Positions 63,155 through 64,000 of a DNA stretch of 64,000 nt are shown piece after piece; position 1 is the first letter of the stretch; every line of letters begins with the position of its first letter. The DNA is from Basidiobolus meristosporus CBS 931.73 (taxonomy: Eukaryota; Fungi; Basidiobolomycota), in NCBI GenBank assembly GCA_002104905.1, contig MCFE01000003.1, positions 223,977 through 287,976 of the forward strand. The letters are read 5' to 3'. A model generated the notes under the pieces. The model had not been told where the DNA came from, did no database searches, and worked only from the letters and a program-made list of their open reading frames with translations. The translations under genes and the position numbers were made by a program.

Positions 63155-64000
63155 CTGTTGTAAGAGTCTTGGAGATATTGGAAGTGATTGGGAGGACAAG
63201 TAGATTATGTGGTTTTCACTTAATGATCTATTGAATGTAAAAGTAGTATTTATACTTTTACCTGGTCTTGGCATTAAAAACACGTAGAATAGGTTAAGGA
63301 AGGTTCCAAGAACATGTGTGCAAAGTTTGGGGCTGTTTGACAACTTTGAGAATTTTCATGTTCTGGGTACCTGGTATTTGGTGAAAATATTCTAAGTAAA
63401 TCCCAACAAGGAATTTGGTCAGTATTCTCTAGGATTTGAAGGTAATGATCTAAAGTGACTAAGTTAGATGAATATTTAGGTGGAAATACAAATTTTTACA
63501 ACACTCCCACTCAGCTAAATGCTCATACTGACTTGTTCTAATTTTGACCTAAGATATTAAAACTTGTCTCTGGCTAATGGTTTGGTAAATATGTCTGCAA
63601 TCATTTCATCTGTAGGACAGTAAACTAAGCTAACTAAGTTATTCTCTATAGATTCATGTATGAAATGATGTCTAATATCTATGTGCTTGGTTCTAGCATG
63701 AAATAGTTGGATTTCTACCTAATTGTATACATCCTTGATTGTCTTGAAATAAAGTAATAGGCATTTTTTGACATAGGCCTAAATCTGTAAGCAGCTTTCT
63801 TAACCACATTGCTTCTTTTGTAGCTTCACAGGCTGCCATATACTCTGCCTCTGTGTGGAAAGTGCTACGGTTGGTTGCTTTCTTGAATTCCATGAAATTG
63901 CTCCTTTACAGTAATGAAAGGTGTATCCTGTGGTGGATCTTCTGTCTTCTAAATTTTGTCCCCAATCTGCATCAGAGTATCCCACAAGATCCTGTTCTGA
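63155..64000 (-). mobile_element. Third copia copy (3' LTR 63155-63503, PPT, RNase H), reverse orientation, running out of the window
   Basis: Near-identical reverse complement of 62190-63032. Inserted in the RT of the 56142 element, ~120 bp from the full-length insertion. Confidence 0.9.

Noticed and set aside
22591-64000. Classical CpA-directed RIP as the mutational cause
   Set aside because: One CAA to TAA stop (58158) fits, but the dominant signal is CpG loss, and CA/TG dinucleotides remain abundant.
1-64000. tRNA, rRNA or other structured ncRNA genes
   Set aside because: No cloverleaf, A/B-box or rRNA-like sequence recognised by eye. A tRNAscan-SE or Infernal run would be needed to exclude them.

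Overview
Intron-containing fungal DNA. The mostly ~60-85 nt GT-AG introns and the gene set suggest an early-diverging fungus (Basidiobolus-like is a guess, not shown). The window has two sharply separated halves. (1) 1-22 kb is gene-dense and CpG-normal: SEC16 (3' end runs off the window), a mitochondrial Obg/MTG2 GTPase with a 413-aa acidic N-terminal extension, ATG12 (4 exons, missed by the ORF track), a multi-exon Fanconi anaemia group A (FANCA)-like gene head-to-head with ATG12, a cold-shock-domain protein with a FUS-like G/Y/Q tail, GDA1, and a secreted I9-S8-PA-Fn3 subtilase. (2) 22.6-64 kb is a CpG-depleted nest of transposons with no host genes. It holds a 3-LTR/2-unit tandem of a non-autonomous copia-derived element with a half-tRNAiMet primer site; at least five degenerate copies of a ~5.7 kb CACTA/EnSpm-type element (TIR CMCTATGAAAAA) with divergent transposase and ORF2 and an apparent 4-bp TSD; one full-length but inactivated Ty1/copia element nested in an antisense sibling; eleven ~349-bp copia LTRs; and two other solo-LTR-like families carrying conspicuous regulatory modules (CArG + CCAAT; E-box + CCCCT array). 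The most notable finding is the FANCA homologue. Protein family calls come from motif recognition and remembered reference sequences, not from database searches.
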